Counted from the whole stretch's first letter, positions 26,401-39,000 are shown. The stretch is 63,156 bases of DNA, filler included, from Choristocarpus tenellus KU-1152 (GCA_964200185.2; 6 parts of 6 records of this genome joined end to end with filler, not necessarily neighbours in it); one strand, 5' to 3'. The notes: generated by a model from the letters alone, not told the origin. Numbers and translations are program-made.

Positions 26401-29343
26401 GGTAACTGGCGTCCACCTAATCGTCGTGGCAAGTATGGCTCCGAAATGAAAGATATTTCAAGTGCTCCTCCCGTGACAATTACTGGTGTTGCACCATGGG
26501 CTAATCAAACACCTAAGAAACCAATTTCAATCCCTCATCAAGACACAGGTGGAACAATGATTGGTAGCATGTCTAAACAACTGCCCCCAACCCAGAGACT
26601 GAAGAGATCTCAGCCAGGCTTTGGTGCGAAGTCCCTGACTTCGAGTGATTCAAACTCTGGTGTTGGGGTGGAACAACAGCAGCAAATAGTAGAGCAGACA
26701 CTTACTGGTGGATGTGGCCGCACTGCAGGAACAGGATTGCAGCAAGTCCGGGCATTCATTGAGAAACTTAAACCACAAAAAAGGCATCGCACAGGTCCTT
26801 CATGGCAAGAATTGCAGATGGAGCCAACCCCTACATTACTGCCAAATCTCAGGTGTGTATTATGCAATACTAGTTTTGTTGCTTAGTGTACTAAGTCAGT
26901 TAAATCTAACATTGTCTTTCACTGTTCAGTTCTTGTTTCTCAAGGGGTTTTAATGTTGCCGTGCAGGTTTCATGATTTGGTGTTTGGCCAAGAGCTTGGG
27001 GAGGGATCCTTTAGTGTTGTGAAGTATGCACGACAAATTGTAAGGGGTGCACCTCAGAGTGAATGGCCAGAGTACGCTGTGAAAACCATATCCACCGACC
27101 GCATTGAGGTGAGTGTATATAGTGTGTATAGTGTGTATAGTATGTATGAACCTTGTCACCCTTGGACTTGCTATCAAGTTGTGTTCTCTATTTGCGTGAT
27201 CAGGGCAGCATACAGGGTAAAAGCTCAGGGGTGAAGGAACAAATAAACATGTCATATGAAGGCTTCCCAATTGTGGTCATACCACCCTTTCTTGTTATCA
27301 ATATACTTCTGTAAGATTGTGTAAGATGGCACCCTCTTAGGAGGCCAATAACCTGTCTTCTCCAAGTTTTTCCCTTGCCTCTATTTCCCTTCATTCTTGA
27401 TGGTAATGTGTTTTGATCAGCACTCAGTGTACCCATTTTGTAGGCCATTGTGTTTGAGTGCGGGGGTGCCCTGGCTCTCAGGGTAAGTAACGAGATAGGG
27501 ATAAAATTGTGCAGAAGGATATTTTTTATTCGGAGTAGGAAGGGAGAGGGAGAATAAAAACAATAGATGTATATAGTGCACAGAGGTTACAAAGTACAAA
27601 TTATATGAGAGCTGGAAGGGCTCATTTTTGAGCCAACATAACTGTAAGTGTTGGTTCAGTGTGGTTCTTTGCAGGGCATTTGTTTTGGTAAGGTTAGGTT
27701 GAACATTTTGCCACTCTGAGTGCTTTTTAAAATTTGAGATGAGGCCCAGATATTTACTATTGAACTAAAATGGATGTTGCCTTAAAACCTCCATGCAGGA
27801 ACTGCGGTATGAGAGGTCAATCACTAACGAGATAGCGTGTTTGCAAGTCTTGAGTCACCCAGGAATAGCTCGCTTGGTGTCTTCATTTCGATGGCGGGAT
27901 GGTGCATTCCTAGTGCTGGAGTATGCCTCTCGAGGTGATCTTCACACATATATCAAGGACACTGGTTCGCTGGATGAAGCATCCACAAGGTGCCTTAGAG
28001 ATTCACTATTGTTTTGCTATGACTTATCCTTGGTCAGAGTTCTTGCTGATAGGGTTCAGTGAGTTGGAATGTATTGCTCAATTGGATTGCCACCTTGAGG
28101 TTACAGGTGATTGATGCTTTGTCAGTCTCAGGAGGTTTACTGATGAAATCCTTTCACTTTTTTGTGGGAATGCATTCTGAGGTATGTACAACGAGGTCAT
28201 TTCAGATACGTACAATATGCAAGTATGCTTGGATTCGCTTCCATGCACCCAGATCTCTCTTGAAAGTTTTAGATCTTGAAAGTTCACCCGTGTCAAATGC
28301 TGATGTTACAAGGTTTGTTGTCGGAGAAGTGATTGCGGCACTGTGCAGTGTGCATGACTGTGGTTTCATTTATGGAGACCTCAAACCTGAGAACATACTC
28401 ATCACAGAAAGTGGCCATATTAAGGTGACAGACTTTGGTGCATGCCGCCCAGTCACTGAGGTTGCCAAGGGCATCCTGAAGAAGAGCAGGAATGTTCTAT
28501 GGGAATTGAGGGATGGTGACTGGAGGTTGGCTGCTGGTCTCCCTGCGAACCCCACCTACACCCGCCCCCTCCTCAGTGGCCGTTCCACAATTGAAGAAGA
28601 GGATGAAGAGATGCGAGCTGAGGGCACTGCAGCTTATCTACCACCAGAAGTAGTGGGTGGTGGTATGCCTAGCAGAGAAGCAGATGCTTGGGCTCTGGGA
28701 TGTGTAATATACCACTGTATATCAGGAAGGCCACCAGTGTTTTCAGAGGATGATAATGAGACACTTGCTAAGGTGGTGAAATTTGCATCCATTCCTACCG
28801 ACTCACCTGAGGGCAATAATGAGAAGTGTCTACCAACTCTCCCCTTGTCAGTTTCCAAGGATTGCCGAGCACTTGTTGGAGCCCTCATGGAGCCAGATCC
28901 TGTGATACGTGTGGGTATAGAGGAAGCTGCATGGCATATGTTCTTCACTAGTGAACAAGTGGATGTCTTCAGTCTTCACTGCAACAAGCCTTTGGAGTTG
29001 GTGCGGGGAAGCGTGAAGCCTAACCCAGATGCAGCTTGGTCACGAAGACAAAATTCTATGATCTGGGCACCAATGCCACAAGAATATAGGTGGGTTTAAG
29101 CGGGCACGTAATTGAGCTGCTTGATGGACTAAAATAATCTTCAATATATAGCTTCACATCAGCACAGCCTGTATTTGAACGTAAGGCAAAATCACCCTTT
29201 CAATTAACTCTTTGTATCTTTGTTGTGTGCACAGGTGTGATGAAGTGTCCAGTGATATGATGCCCATAGAGGAGACCGAGGTGGAGTGCGATGCAGAATT
29301 TGTTCCATTTAGGACAATGGCACTTGTTCCTCTTCTTGAGTGA
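23487..29343 (+). CDS. PP2A B56/B' regulatory-subunit domain fused to a PDK1-like Ser/Thr kinase, ~975 aa. Exons 23487-24002, 24181-24396, 24605-24694, 24849-25022 (GC donor), 25437-25637, 26341-26852, 26967-27108, 27799-27989, 28313-29089, 29235-29343
   Basis: Ten exons join in frame. B56 motifs: ERLFLRDMLYWLYEKF, IAEVLEVL..VVKGFA, ILLPLH, YHEELVKC, WP...NTPKEVLLLHEL, VVERALF, FWNPTV. Kinase motifs: FGQELGEGSFSVV, YAVK, LSHPGIARL, LVLEYASRGDL, YGDLKPEN, TDFG, GTAAYLPPE, DAWALGC. Confidence 0.85.
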
Positions 29344-29793
29344 ACTGGCCAAGTTATGGAAGCTCTGCAAGTCTGGTGTGCAGCACATCTATAGAACTAC
29401 AAACATACTTCATGAGAAATGCTAAAATGCCCTTGATGTGTGTAAGGAAAATGTTGCTATTGAATACATATTTGGATGAAATAAGAAAAAAATGTCTTTA
29501 TCTACCAAAATTGTGCAATGGGCCATACATCCCCATGCACAAAGTTTAGGCTCTAGGAATCTACATTTTAAGTTTACATTTTAAATTTCTTGTACATGTT
29601 TCTAAGCACACAAAAATCTTCCTCCACCAGGAAACCTCTACAGTTTATGTTTGATGAGGTTTTCAACCATCGCATATTTGTTGAGACGTTTGGTGTTGCC
29701 TGGTCCTGTCTTTAAAACCAGCATGTTGTGCTCCTGTATAGTGTATTCAGAACTTAGAAATGTTCACTTAGTGGATATTAAAATTGCAACTGT

Positions 29794-32329
29794 TCACCTG
29801 ATACCATGGTGTTGAAATATATCATGCATTGAGGTCCAGAGCCCAGAATTCTCCAAGCGTTGTTGGCACAACAGTTCCAACCTACTGCTTCGAGCGGCAA
29901 GGTGACTCAGCCTTGTCCAGATTGTTTTCAGCTTCTGCACCACTTCCATGTCCAGCCCATCTGACTTGATGTAAGGTTGTTGGAACACACCCAAATTGAT
30001 GTGTGGTGAGGCCACAAGGCCTTCCATCTCAGCTTCAACCAGGAGTTTTGAACACTGAAGCAGATGTGCTACATATACTTCAGCGAATGGTGTGTAGAAA
30101 TGAGACAATTCTGCTAGAAGCCATGGGTCCAGCAACCAAAGGTTGTCATCCTTGAAAGCTAGAACCTGAAAACATCACAAGTTACAAATGTTACAATGAA
30201 AGAGAAAACTAGAATGAGAAAGCTAACTGTTACATCTTCTGCTTTCACTGCCACTAGCAGTATTGTCACAGCAGGTAAGTATTCAAAGCATGAAGTGCTT
30301 GGTCTAGTGGGGTGTTTTAGAACTCAGATCATGATACGTATGATGAATCAATTCATCAATCCTACTGTCCCAGAGTAATCAAGAATACCTGATGAAGTAG
30401 CTCATTGTGTGGTGGTGCCTTTAGTAAAGGAATTAGATGTGAGAGACTACCCAGGCCTTGAGCCCACAAACCAAGCTGTTGCTCCCCAGAGGTCTCTGAC
30501 TGTAACATTGATCTTCTTTGAATCTCTAGTAGCATCAGACACATTATTTCCTGGCGGAATAAGGAACATTAATCCAAAGTTAGGCTAAATATTCACGCCA
30601 CAAAGCTACCGGCTGACCAAATCGGTGGCAAAGAATCAGGCCCTGGGGACAATAGTTGAAGGTGTGGGCATTAAAAGACATAAAGCTCCAACAACCAGAC
30701 CATTTCTTTGCGTTGGACAAAAAATGTTAAGAACAAAACTGAGGGACCTGTAGGTGGTGCACTTGCAAGTATTTATAAGTAATATCAAATGCAATTTAAA
30801 TGCATGAAGCATGCGTTTGGTTAAGAGTAGCTCTTGGAACTGGTGGTAGTCCAAACAGGTACAAATTTCATATTTGATGTGATCACGTACCAGTACCACT
30901 GGGTCACCACGAGCCAGTGCACTCATTCTGTGAAGGAAAGCTGCTGTTTCTCCCTCTTGCATGTGAGTATCTGTGTGGCCACTTTTATCCTCTTCATGCT
31001 TGCACATTAGCAAACTGTAGCAGTTGCTGGCATAAGCACGTTTCTGTGCAGTCTCTATGCTGACTTCGTATGTGCATGGTGTGATGGGTAAATGCACATC
31101 TCTGCTGAATCCCCAAGTACAAGAGCAAGAAGGGATTACAGATATCCCTTCCCCTTTCATCAGCTTGCATCCTGTACTTGATCCCCCTCCCGAAGAACAT
31201 GCATTCAAGGCTGAACAAGCATGCGATAAGATGGCTGTGTTTGCTCGAGAGCGCATCACCTTCGATGCATCATCAACAAATACACTCAAGGATTTTGAAT
31301 ATACTTCAGGAGGGCTCGGACAATTCCCTGTGCAAGGGGCATGGGTTGAACGACAAAGGAAGTAGCGCTGCAAATAATCGAGGTATGAGTTTCGAGGCCG
31401 GACGAAAAAAGCTCGACGCAAGCTCGAGTGCTGAGGTCAAGGGTAGAACTCGATCAATTGAGCAAGTAAATGATGTGAGGACTTCCATCAACATCTTTCC
31501 GAAGACGATATTACAAGTGGCCAGACTAACACTAAGGTCAGATACTCAGTGAATTATAACACGTTAATGAAGCTGAAGCAGGATAGTGACAGCAATATCT
31601 CACGATAGTAGCGAATGTAAACTTCTGGAGAACGGGGCTTGCTGTACCACGTCCTCGACCAAAATCCATTCGAGGGCACAGGACGCACCCTGATTGGCAG
31701 TGAATAGCGAAAGAGAAGTGTACTCCCTCATTATCCACTTCATCAGAAGCTTGGGCCTGGGGTGATCCCCCAAAAACATGCTCCCCATCATAGAGAACAG
31801 TACCCATCTGCGGGCTGCAACAAACACACGTAAACACCAATGTTGACAATGAAGATAAAACTGTCAATGTTATATTCACGTCACAAGCTACAACTGAGGC
31901 TACGAATATAATTTTTAGCTTACCTTCAGCCAGTCGAGACACGTTCACGTCATGGGGCCATACTCTAGTGTGGAAGGTTGCATCGAGCACAGACTTTAGT
32001 CTTTGCCTCCTCCAGTCCTCTCTGAGCGACTCCACCACCTGCCAAGCGAAGCAAGGTTTCTCAGATGTCCAAAGAAAAATGCTTCTGGCAAGGATGCTAT
32101 AATCTAGGAAAATTAATGGAGACGACTTGCATCAACGTACCTGCTCAATATAGGTACCCCATCCCATCGCACGATCAATGGTGGCTTTATCGAACTGGCG
32201 CAGCTTCGGTGTAAGTGTCATGTCCACGATTTCCACAAGACTCACCACTTGTGAAGTGAACATCTCAACTGTGAGAGAAGGATGCCAAACCAAGCCATCC
32301 TCATCCTGGGTGGATATGGGTGATCTCAT
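29794..32329 (-). CDS. FANCF: FANCF-like protein (Fanconi anaemia core-complex subunit). Exons 32329-32141, 32038-31924, 31814-31648, 31367-30891, 30550-30389, 30165-29794
   Basis: In-phase GT-AG exons. N-terminal LVEIVDMTLTPKLRQFDKATIDRAMGWGTYIEQV resembles human FANCF (recalled) FSELLAVSSTTYVSTWDPATVRRALQWARYL. C-terminal LDPWLLAELSHFYTPFAEVYVAHL resembles LLTLVTSRHPALSPVYLGLL. Confidence 0.65.
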
Positions 32330-32433
32330 GATCCTCTGAATTCGAATGCGGTGTAATCAAAGTTCCATAATTTCGCCTCTCGGTTTTATATGTCCTTCAC
32401 GGCGTTTGCATTGTTGAAAGGTTGAACTAAGAG

Positions 32434-34991
32434 ATGGGGTCAATTCGACAAGGAGAAGTTTGGAACTTCTTTAAGGGGTTGCAACCCATGGGTAATTCGG
32501 CTGGGGGGGAGACAGCTTCTCCCCATTCTCCCCCCGTCTCCTTACATTTCAAGCGAGGCAAGAAATCCTCGGGATCTACTTGCTATTTGGCGGAGCAAGC
32601 ATTCACTTGGGAAGCCCTCACAACCCACCCGGAGTTCCGGTCCTATGTACTGCGCCACCTTATGCATGAGGGCTTTTTATTATCCGTGATAGAATACAGT
32701 AATGAGGTTGATGCCTGCGAAGGTATCGCCTACTTCAAGGTGTGTACAACACAATTCCACCTGTGTCGATACAATAGATGCAAAAGTTGGATACAAATTT
32801 GAGGAAACTTTCTTACAAGACCTTTTGATTATCGATTTGCTTTGTTGGCGTATTGATCCCAACGGATTCCTCTACGAATCCTTGGGCGTTGTGTAGAAGT
32901 TAAATGAGAGGATACTGCACCTGGGCAGCTCGGTGAGGCAACTCTCCTACCTACAGTTGGTAACCTGTCAGTCGAGAGGTTCCCGCCTTGGCCACGTGGT
33001 TGGTTACACCATGTTGTCACACTGGTACGCAATTCAACATCGTGTGGAGATCATAGAGAAGGGGTGATGCCGTTATGGTTGCCATGTGTCACTTCCGCCT
33101 TCCCTCCTTGATGTGGTCCCTTCCCCCTATGTTGCCAGCATATGAACGAAAAACAGCGCCACATTTTGCGTCGAAGACTTGAGGCATGGCAACGAGCTTC
33201 TGGTGCAGGTGTAACTGAGAGTGATGGCATCAATTCCGAGTCTGCATTTGGAGAGCTACAGCTGGCACAACCCGTACGTACGTTTGGGCTTGTCCCTACG
33301 TTGCAGCGTCGAGTAGCAGTGCTTCGTGAAGTCGGCAATGCAATCAAAGAGGAACAGAGGTAAGAAATACCGAAGATGAACATGAAAATAGCAATACCTT
33401 GTGTTGATGCGCAGAGCTGAAATCTCCTTAGCATTTGTGCTTCTGGAGTAATGCCGAGCACAAATTGCCAACAATCTCTTAATACTGTCAATAGTGTGGA
33501 AATACCTGTAAGGAAAACTACCTATGGACGATTAACTTTGCTACAAAAACGACCTTGTGGTGAGAGCGACCCAATTCTGCCGCATGTACTGCTGTGTGGT
33601 GTATCACCTAGAAAATTTTACATACTTTCCTCCTGCACGTCAGGTCTCACTGCCGTCCCTACATGATAAGGGTAAGGGCACCGCCACCAAGGTGTGCTTC
33701 AGGGGAGCACGCTGATGTGCATCTAGGGCTGACTATGAATGCTGTGGCCATGCGTTCCCTTGCCACTATAGCGGCACTGATACCCACACTCTCAGCTTTG
33801 GGGTCAATGACACCGGCATCACATGACAGAGGCAGGGTTTTGGAGCTAGCGAGAGCCCCGTTCCGCGTGCTGGCAGAAATGCTTGAGGACTTCCCACCCC
33901 TAAGTTTGGTGAGCATATAATGAAAACAAGTTTAACAAGAATGTCTGTTGTGAATTGCTTCAAGTTTTTCAGTCTCAATAGACTTTGAGGTTCGCCTTTT
34001 TTCACAGCCAAAGTCAATTGTTGATCTGCAAGTGTTTTTGAAATGTATTTTAATGTCTAGTGTTTCCATAGTAGAATGTGAGTTACTGTGTTGTCATTGC
34101 TTTGCTTCGTTGTGTATGTTTTTTGTTTTTTGTCCCCACTATTTCCAGTTCAAATATTGGAGCCCAATGCCAATGGAACCTGAGAAGAGCACACCGATCA
34201 GGCTGGGCTCTGCAACTGCAAGCTCTGCCCCAGCCCTTGCCCACCTTGCAGTGACGGGAGGACCGCATGTTTGTTGGCAGGCTTCGCCACCATGCACAGG
34301 GTGCATCACATGGCAGGTGAATTAAAGAGGAGAAGTAAAGAAGAGATGTCACTAACCGGTCACCTATTTTTCCATAGGTTTAATGCTTTTTTGATAATAT
34401 TAGGAATGAGATTGAAGGTGGTGGGACTTGTGTGTGGTACTGTTCTTCCAAACTGCACCCTTGAAACAGGTCAAATTGTAGTTTGTACAATTTATGCATA
34501 TATCTTTTACAGGTTCTGCCCAATTTGTGGTGGAAGGATAAGAAATGAACTTTGCTTTCCTGTTCTCTCGCCCAGTGATGTAGAGATGTAATGTTCACTT
34601 TTTTTGGTCTTTACTATGTCTATTTCTTACACCCTGTCCCAACTGGATATTTTTTGGTCTTTACTATGTCTATTTCTTACACCCTGTCCCAACTGGATAT
34701 GCGCACCAAACAGGTGGCGCTTGCTTCACCTGTTTCAGAATTGTCATCTGTGAGTGTTCAGTGGGGTGCTGGGGATCCAATGGTGAATGCAGATCAGTAT
34801 TCAACTCCATCGTTAGTATGCATAGAGGCATCCACAGATGAAGGGAAAACATGGGCCTCCATAATGGATGGCAAGGGAGCAGATGTTGATGTAATTGCAA
34901 GGGCTTCACCAGGATCATCCCTTCACCGCTACCCTGTGTCACTGTCACTCATTAATTCATTCTCTAGGAGTGCAAAAGGGAATGAAACAGG
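32434..34991 (+). CDS. 5' part of a probable giant HERC1-like/HECT E3 ubiquitin ligase. Exons 32434-32739, 32897-32959, 33139-33359, 33644-33908, 34149-34316, 34714-34991; truncated by the contig end
   Basis: In-phase exons. LQRRVAVLREV and LEDFPPLSL resemble the HERC1 N-terminus (LRKRLLVLQRV; SLPPLSL). A DOC/galactose-binding-like segment follows (CITWQVAL...IEASTDEGKTW). No HECT domain is visible in the window. Confidence 0.5.
34601..34700. repeat. Perfect 50-bp tandem duplication just upstream of a splice acceptor
   Basis: tttttggtctttactatgtctatttcttacaccctgtcccaactggatat x2. Confidence 0.95.
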
Positions 34992-35194
34992 GTGAGCCTC
35001 TTGTTAAGTATTCAACGGGTTAACAACTCTGGTTGTATGTGATTAGAACTGTAGGTGAAGCATTGCTCTTTAGATGGAAGTTTATTTGTGGGTTAAAGTT
35101 CGACTACTGGCGGTTTCATTCTATCTTTGCATTACTGCAAGTGGGTTAAACCATAGGTAGTCAATCTGTCTCTTCTTTGTGTTCGAAATAGCTC

Positions 35195-35338
35195 AGCAAT
35201 CTCCCAGACTAGCAATCTTCCAGACTAGCAATCTCCCAGACTAGCAATCTTCCAGACTAGCAACCTTCCAGACTAGCAATCTTCCAGACTAGCAATCTTC
35301 CAGACTAGCAATTTTCCAGACTAGCAACCTTCCAGACT
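35195..35338. repeat. Minisatellite, 16-bp unit AGCAATCTTCCAGACT x9
   Basis: Directly visible; minor substitutions and no spacers. Confidence 0.95.
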
Positions 35339-35411
35339 GCGAAGTCTATGCCACCTACATCTGTCGTGAAATAGGTGCAGGAAGTATTTCAGCATATATA
35401 TGACATACTAT

Positions 35412-35479
35412 GTTAAAACATAGGCTACTCATTTGTTTCTTGTTGATATGATACACAATACTACCAGCTTGTACTGACT
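35412..35479 (+). repeat. Dispersed repeat, second copy of 4068-4138
   Basis: gttaaaacataggctactcatttgtttctt...gatatgatac...ccagcttgtactgact at both sites. Confidence 0.85.
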
Positions 35480-35502
35480 TTTGATTGGTGCACTGCACTC
35501 GT

Positions 35503-35602
35503 NNNNNNNNNNNNNNNNNNNNNNNNNNNNNNNNNNNNNNNNNNNNTTAATTAATTAANNNNNNNNNNNNNNNNNNNNNNNNNNNNNNNNNNNNNNNNNN
35601 NN
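35503..35602. other. Artificial contig spacer
   Basis: N44-TTAATTAATTAA-N44. Confidence 0.97.
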
Positions 35603-36056
35603 GCAGGCAGTGGACCAAGTGGGAGTAGGGGTCTTGTCAGGGTGCCTTAACCACAACACAAAACACAATACAAACTTGGACGTTGTGGTGAGTGTGACTA
35701 CAGGGGCATCATCCTCCACCCAGCAGCCACACAACGTGCCAGCCCACGCCTTCGCACATTCTAATGTACACCCTGCCCCCACATTGTAAAGAGTTCAGGT
35801 CGGGCTCAGGAGTGCCCTTGCGCTTTGACCAACTATTTCGGGGTAAGAGGGGGTGCGGGAGGGGGGGGGAGGGGGGAAGGGGGGGAGGGGGAACTTTTTC
35901 TCGAGCCCTAAGGGAACACAAAAAGACTAAGATGTAAGAAAGAAGAAGGCAATATCACTCCAACCACGTTTTGTATGTAGTATCCAAGGTGTGCGGACAA
36001 GGGACAACCATGACGCAACTCTGTTTCACCATCAAGGCTGGAAATTATGGGGTATC

Positions 36057-39000
36057 CTAACCATGGAAGGGATTAACCTCGTATCTATTCCTCGCATCCT
36101 GTTTCCAATATTGATTTTCTGATGATGTCACAAACTCTCCCTCGATCTGTTTTCCTCCTCCTTGCCCTGCTCCAACCCCGTTTTGCCTCCCCCTCCCCCC
36201 CTCGCGCACACCAGGCCTGCATTTTTTTATTTTGCCTTCCTGTTCTTTTTCCACCTCCTGCTTACATGGGCCCGAGCACCGCGCTCCAAGCTGCAGTATT
36301 GTCTGAGCAGCCTGATGATCACTGTCGGGTATCCCTGTGCTATCTTGCTCCTTCTCACACCCTACATCTCGCCAGTTGACCTTCCCCTTCAACGGATACC
36401 ACTCTCCCTTTTCAACTTCCTCTCTGCTGCCTTTCATATCCTCATCAGTACCACCCACCCCACGCCGAACTGCTGCCTTTGTCAACCCTGCCCCTGGGCT
36501 GCCTTGTCTCAACCCAAAGCCATGTAGGTCTTGTGGATCGCAGCAGTCCTTGCCCATAACGCCTCCTCTGCCCAATGACTTTGGGGGCAACGTTGAAGCC
36601 CGAGGGCAGCTCGAAGCCCACTCTGATGCAGCTGGGGGTGGAACCAGACTGCCTTCACGGGCGAGCCTAAACGGCTGGGGCTGCTTACTTACAGCGTCCC
36701 TACTTTGCCTCTCTTTCTCCCTCCCTTCTACCACTGTGGCCTGGTCTAACATCTCTTGCCTTGCCCTCTCGTTGGTCCTCCAGCCCCTGGCCACATCACC
36801 CATACAGCCTGAGTGGGGTGGCAAGTGCGGAGGGGGAGACGATGACTGATGAAGCTGCCATAGCTGTGGCTTTAATGATACGCATGATGGTCGTGGAGGA
36901 AGAGGCTCATCCTTGATAAGCACGCGTTGTCTCTTCTCAGGACGGGCTGAGGGCTGAACTGGGGTTGCTGCCCTGAAAGACAGAGGAGGGGGAGGAGGCA
37001 TTCCTCTCTTGGAGGCCTGCTTGGCCTTAAGCATTGCGACGAGCTTGCTCTTCTCGATGAGCAGGGAATTGAATGCCTTCCTGAAAACCTGTGTTTTGGA
37101 AAAAGCATAACCAGTTAGCGTTTGGGTTGGGGTGTTTATCCAAGTATTCTCCCCTAGACAGCTCAGCACACACATGAACTACATACAATTCATCCCCACT
37201 GTTGGAAATCAGTGTGGTCTGGCATTCTGTGCTCCTGACCTGCGGGCCCTGGGCTCCCACTAGACGGTAGACCCCTGGATATCCCTCCCTGGAAATCACG
37301 AAGTATGGTGCACCAATGACCTTGTTGACGCGAGTCTCTTCAAGCATTTCGCCAAAGATGTCAGTGTCACTGCCACATCCTCTGAGGTAATCCCCTGCTT
37401 TTTCCACGCCCGCAGTCTTTGCCAGGTTCTCAAGCACCTGCATTGGTTTCCAAGTAGTTGACCTTGAGGAGGGATGTGGAAACTGGATATATGGATGGGA
37501 ACACATAGAGAGAGTAACAGGGCAATTTGTTTGTACCACCTCTCGGTGTACCACTACGCCCTATCATGTAGTCAACACATGGTGAAGCCTTCCACACGAG
37601 AAAATATTAATTGGGCAGGGGGCGTTACCCCTGTCAATAATGGTACCTTCATCCTGCCCACCACACCTCGATATTGCTGATATCTGCCCTGTGCTTGAAG
37701 TATGCCCTAAAGATAACCCCTGCCAGTTGTGTCTGTTTCCCATCCTTGCCCGTGGGGTCCTGCTCCTTGGCCAATCGCATTAAGCGTAGGGCGTTGGTGC
37801 TGTTGTAGATCTTTCGGCGTTTGTCAATAGTCAGGCCAGCAGCCCTGCAAAACGCCAACCACAAATTTGCCATAATGTGGTTGGGTTGAAAGCACAGTTG
37901 GCCAGATTGACTGATGGATGGATTGATGGATGGATAAAGAAAAGTAGGTAAGAAATACTATAAATAAGTATTGGTATCTGACTCGTCTCCCCCTACCAAA
38001 AAGATTGATATATAAGCTCTATCTTTCCCGCGAGGCAAAATAAAGTCCGAGTAGGGGGTGTAATATTTCTCACGCGAAGGGATAGACGATAGGGGTCGAG
38101 ATCCTGCCTCATGGACAAATGAGTAAACACGTCTCTAGGTTTGTGTGGATTTATACTTTGCTGGCAATCACCAGTTTAAAAGGGGTAGACAGATTGCAAC
38201 ACTGTGTTCTGACAGTTTATGTTGCTCTGCATGACCCACTACCGAGGGAAAAGAAAGAGAAGGAATATTAATATAAATTACGCGCAAGAGCATTTACGTC
38301 TCACCTCGTTGCGCGATCCACTACAGACCTGCAGGCGTCCGGATCACGACCATTTTGGGCTGAGAATGAGGAGAGGAAACTGTCGAGGTCCTGCCCTCCT
38401 TCCGGGATACCAGCCGCCATCATATAGGGATGCCAGGTCACGTGGAAGCTAGCAGACTTGGTCGACGAGATGCCCTTTAGCATATTTTCCTGTGGCACAG
38501 CAGAGGCGGGGTGGGTAACGAGGGAGTAGATGTTGGTTTGGAAAGGTGATGTCTTGGCCAGTCACCCCCCCAAACTATCACCTCACTACCGATGCCAAGT
38601 CGCATCGAAATCAATGGCTCTATTCAACGGGTGAGGACAATAAATATCTGACGATGTACATTTGCCTTTGTTCACTGAGTGGTCAATGATTCTCCACTAA
38701 CGACACTAACGAAAGATGGGACAAATCACCACAACTCTCACCGAACCGATGTAGCTCCAAGGGCACACCATATCCGCGTAAATCTGGAGATATTCAGAAC
38801 GCAATGAGATGAGTGTCGGGAAAGAAATACATTACGGGATTGGTGAGAATGTATGCCACGAGCTGGTTCTGTCCGTCGAAAATGAAGGATAGGGAGGAGG
38901 GGTGGCTTATCTCCCTCTGGGCGTAACCAGAATTGGTGATCTGAGAGGACATAAGGTTGAAAAATTACAAGCCGTATCCATCACAACATCTACAACAACC

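Noticed and set aside
35195-35338. CRISPR-like array
   Set aside because: The 16-bp units are directly adjacent with no unique spacers, there are no cas genes, and the context is a eukaryotic intron; it is a minisatellite.
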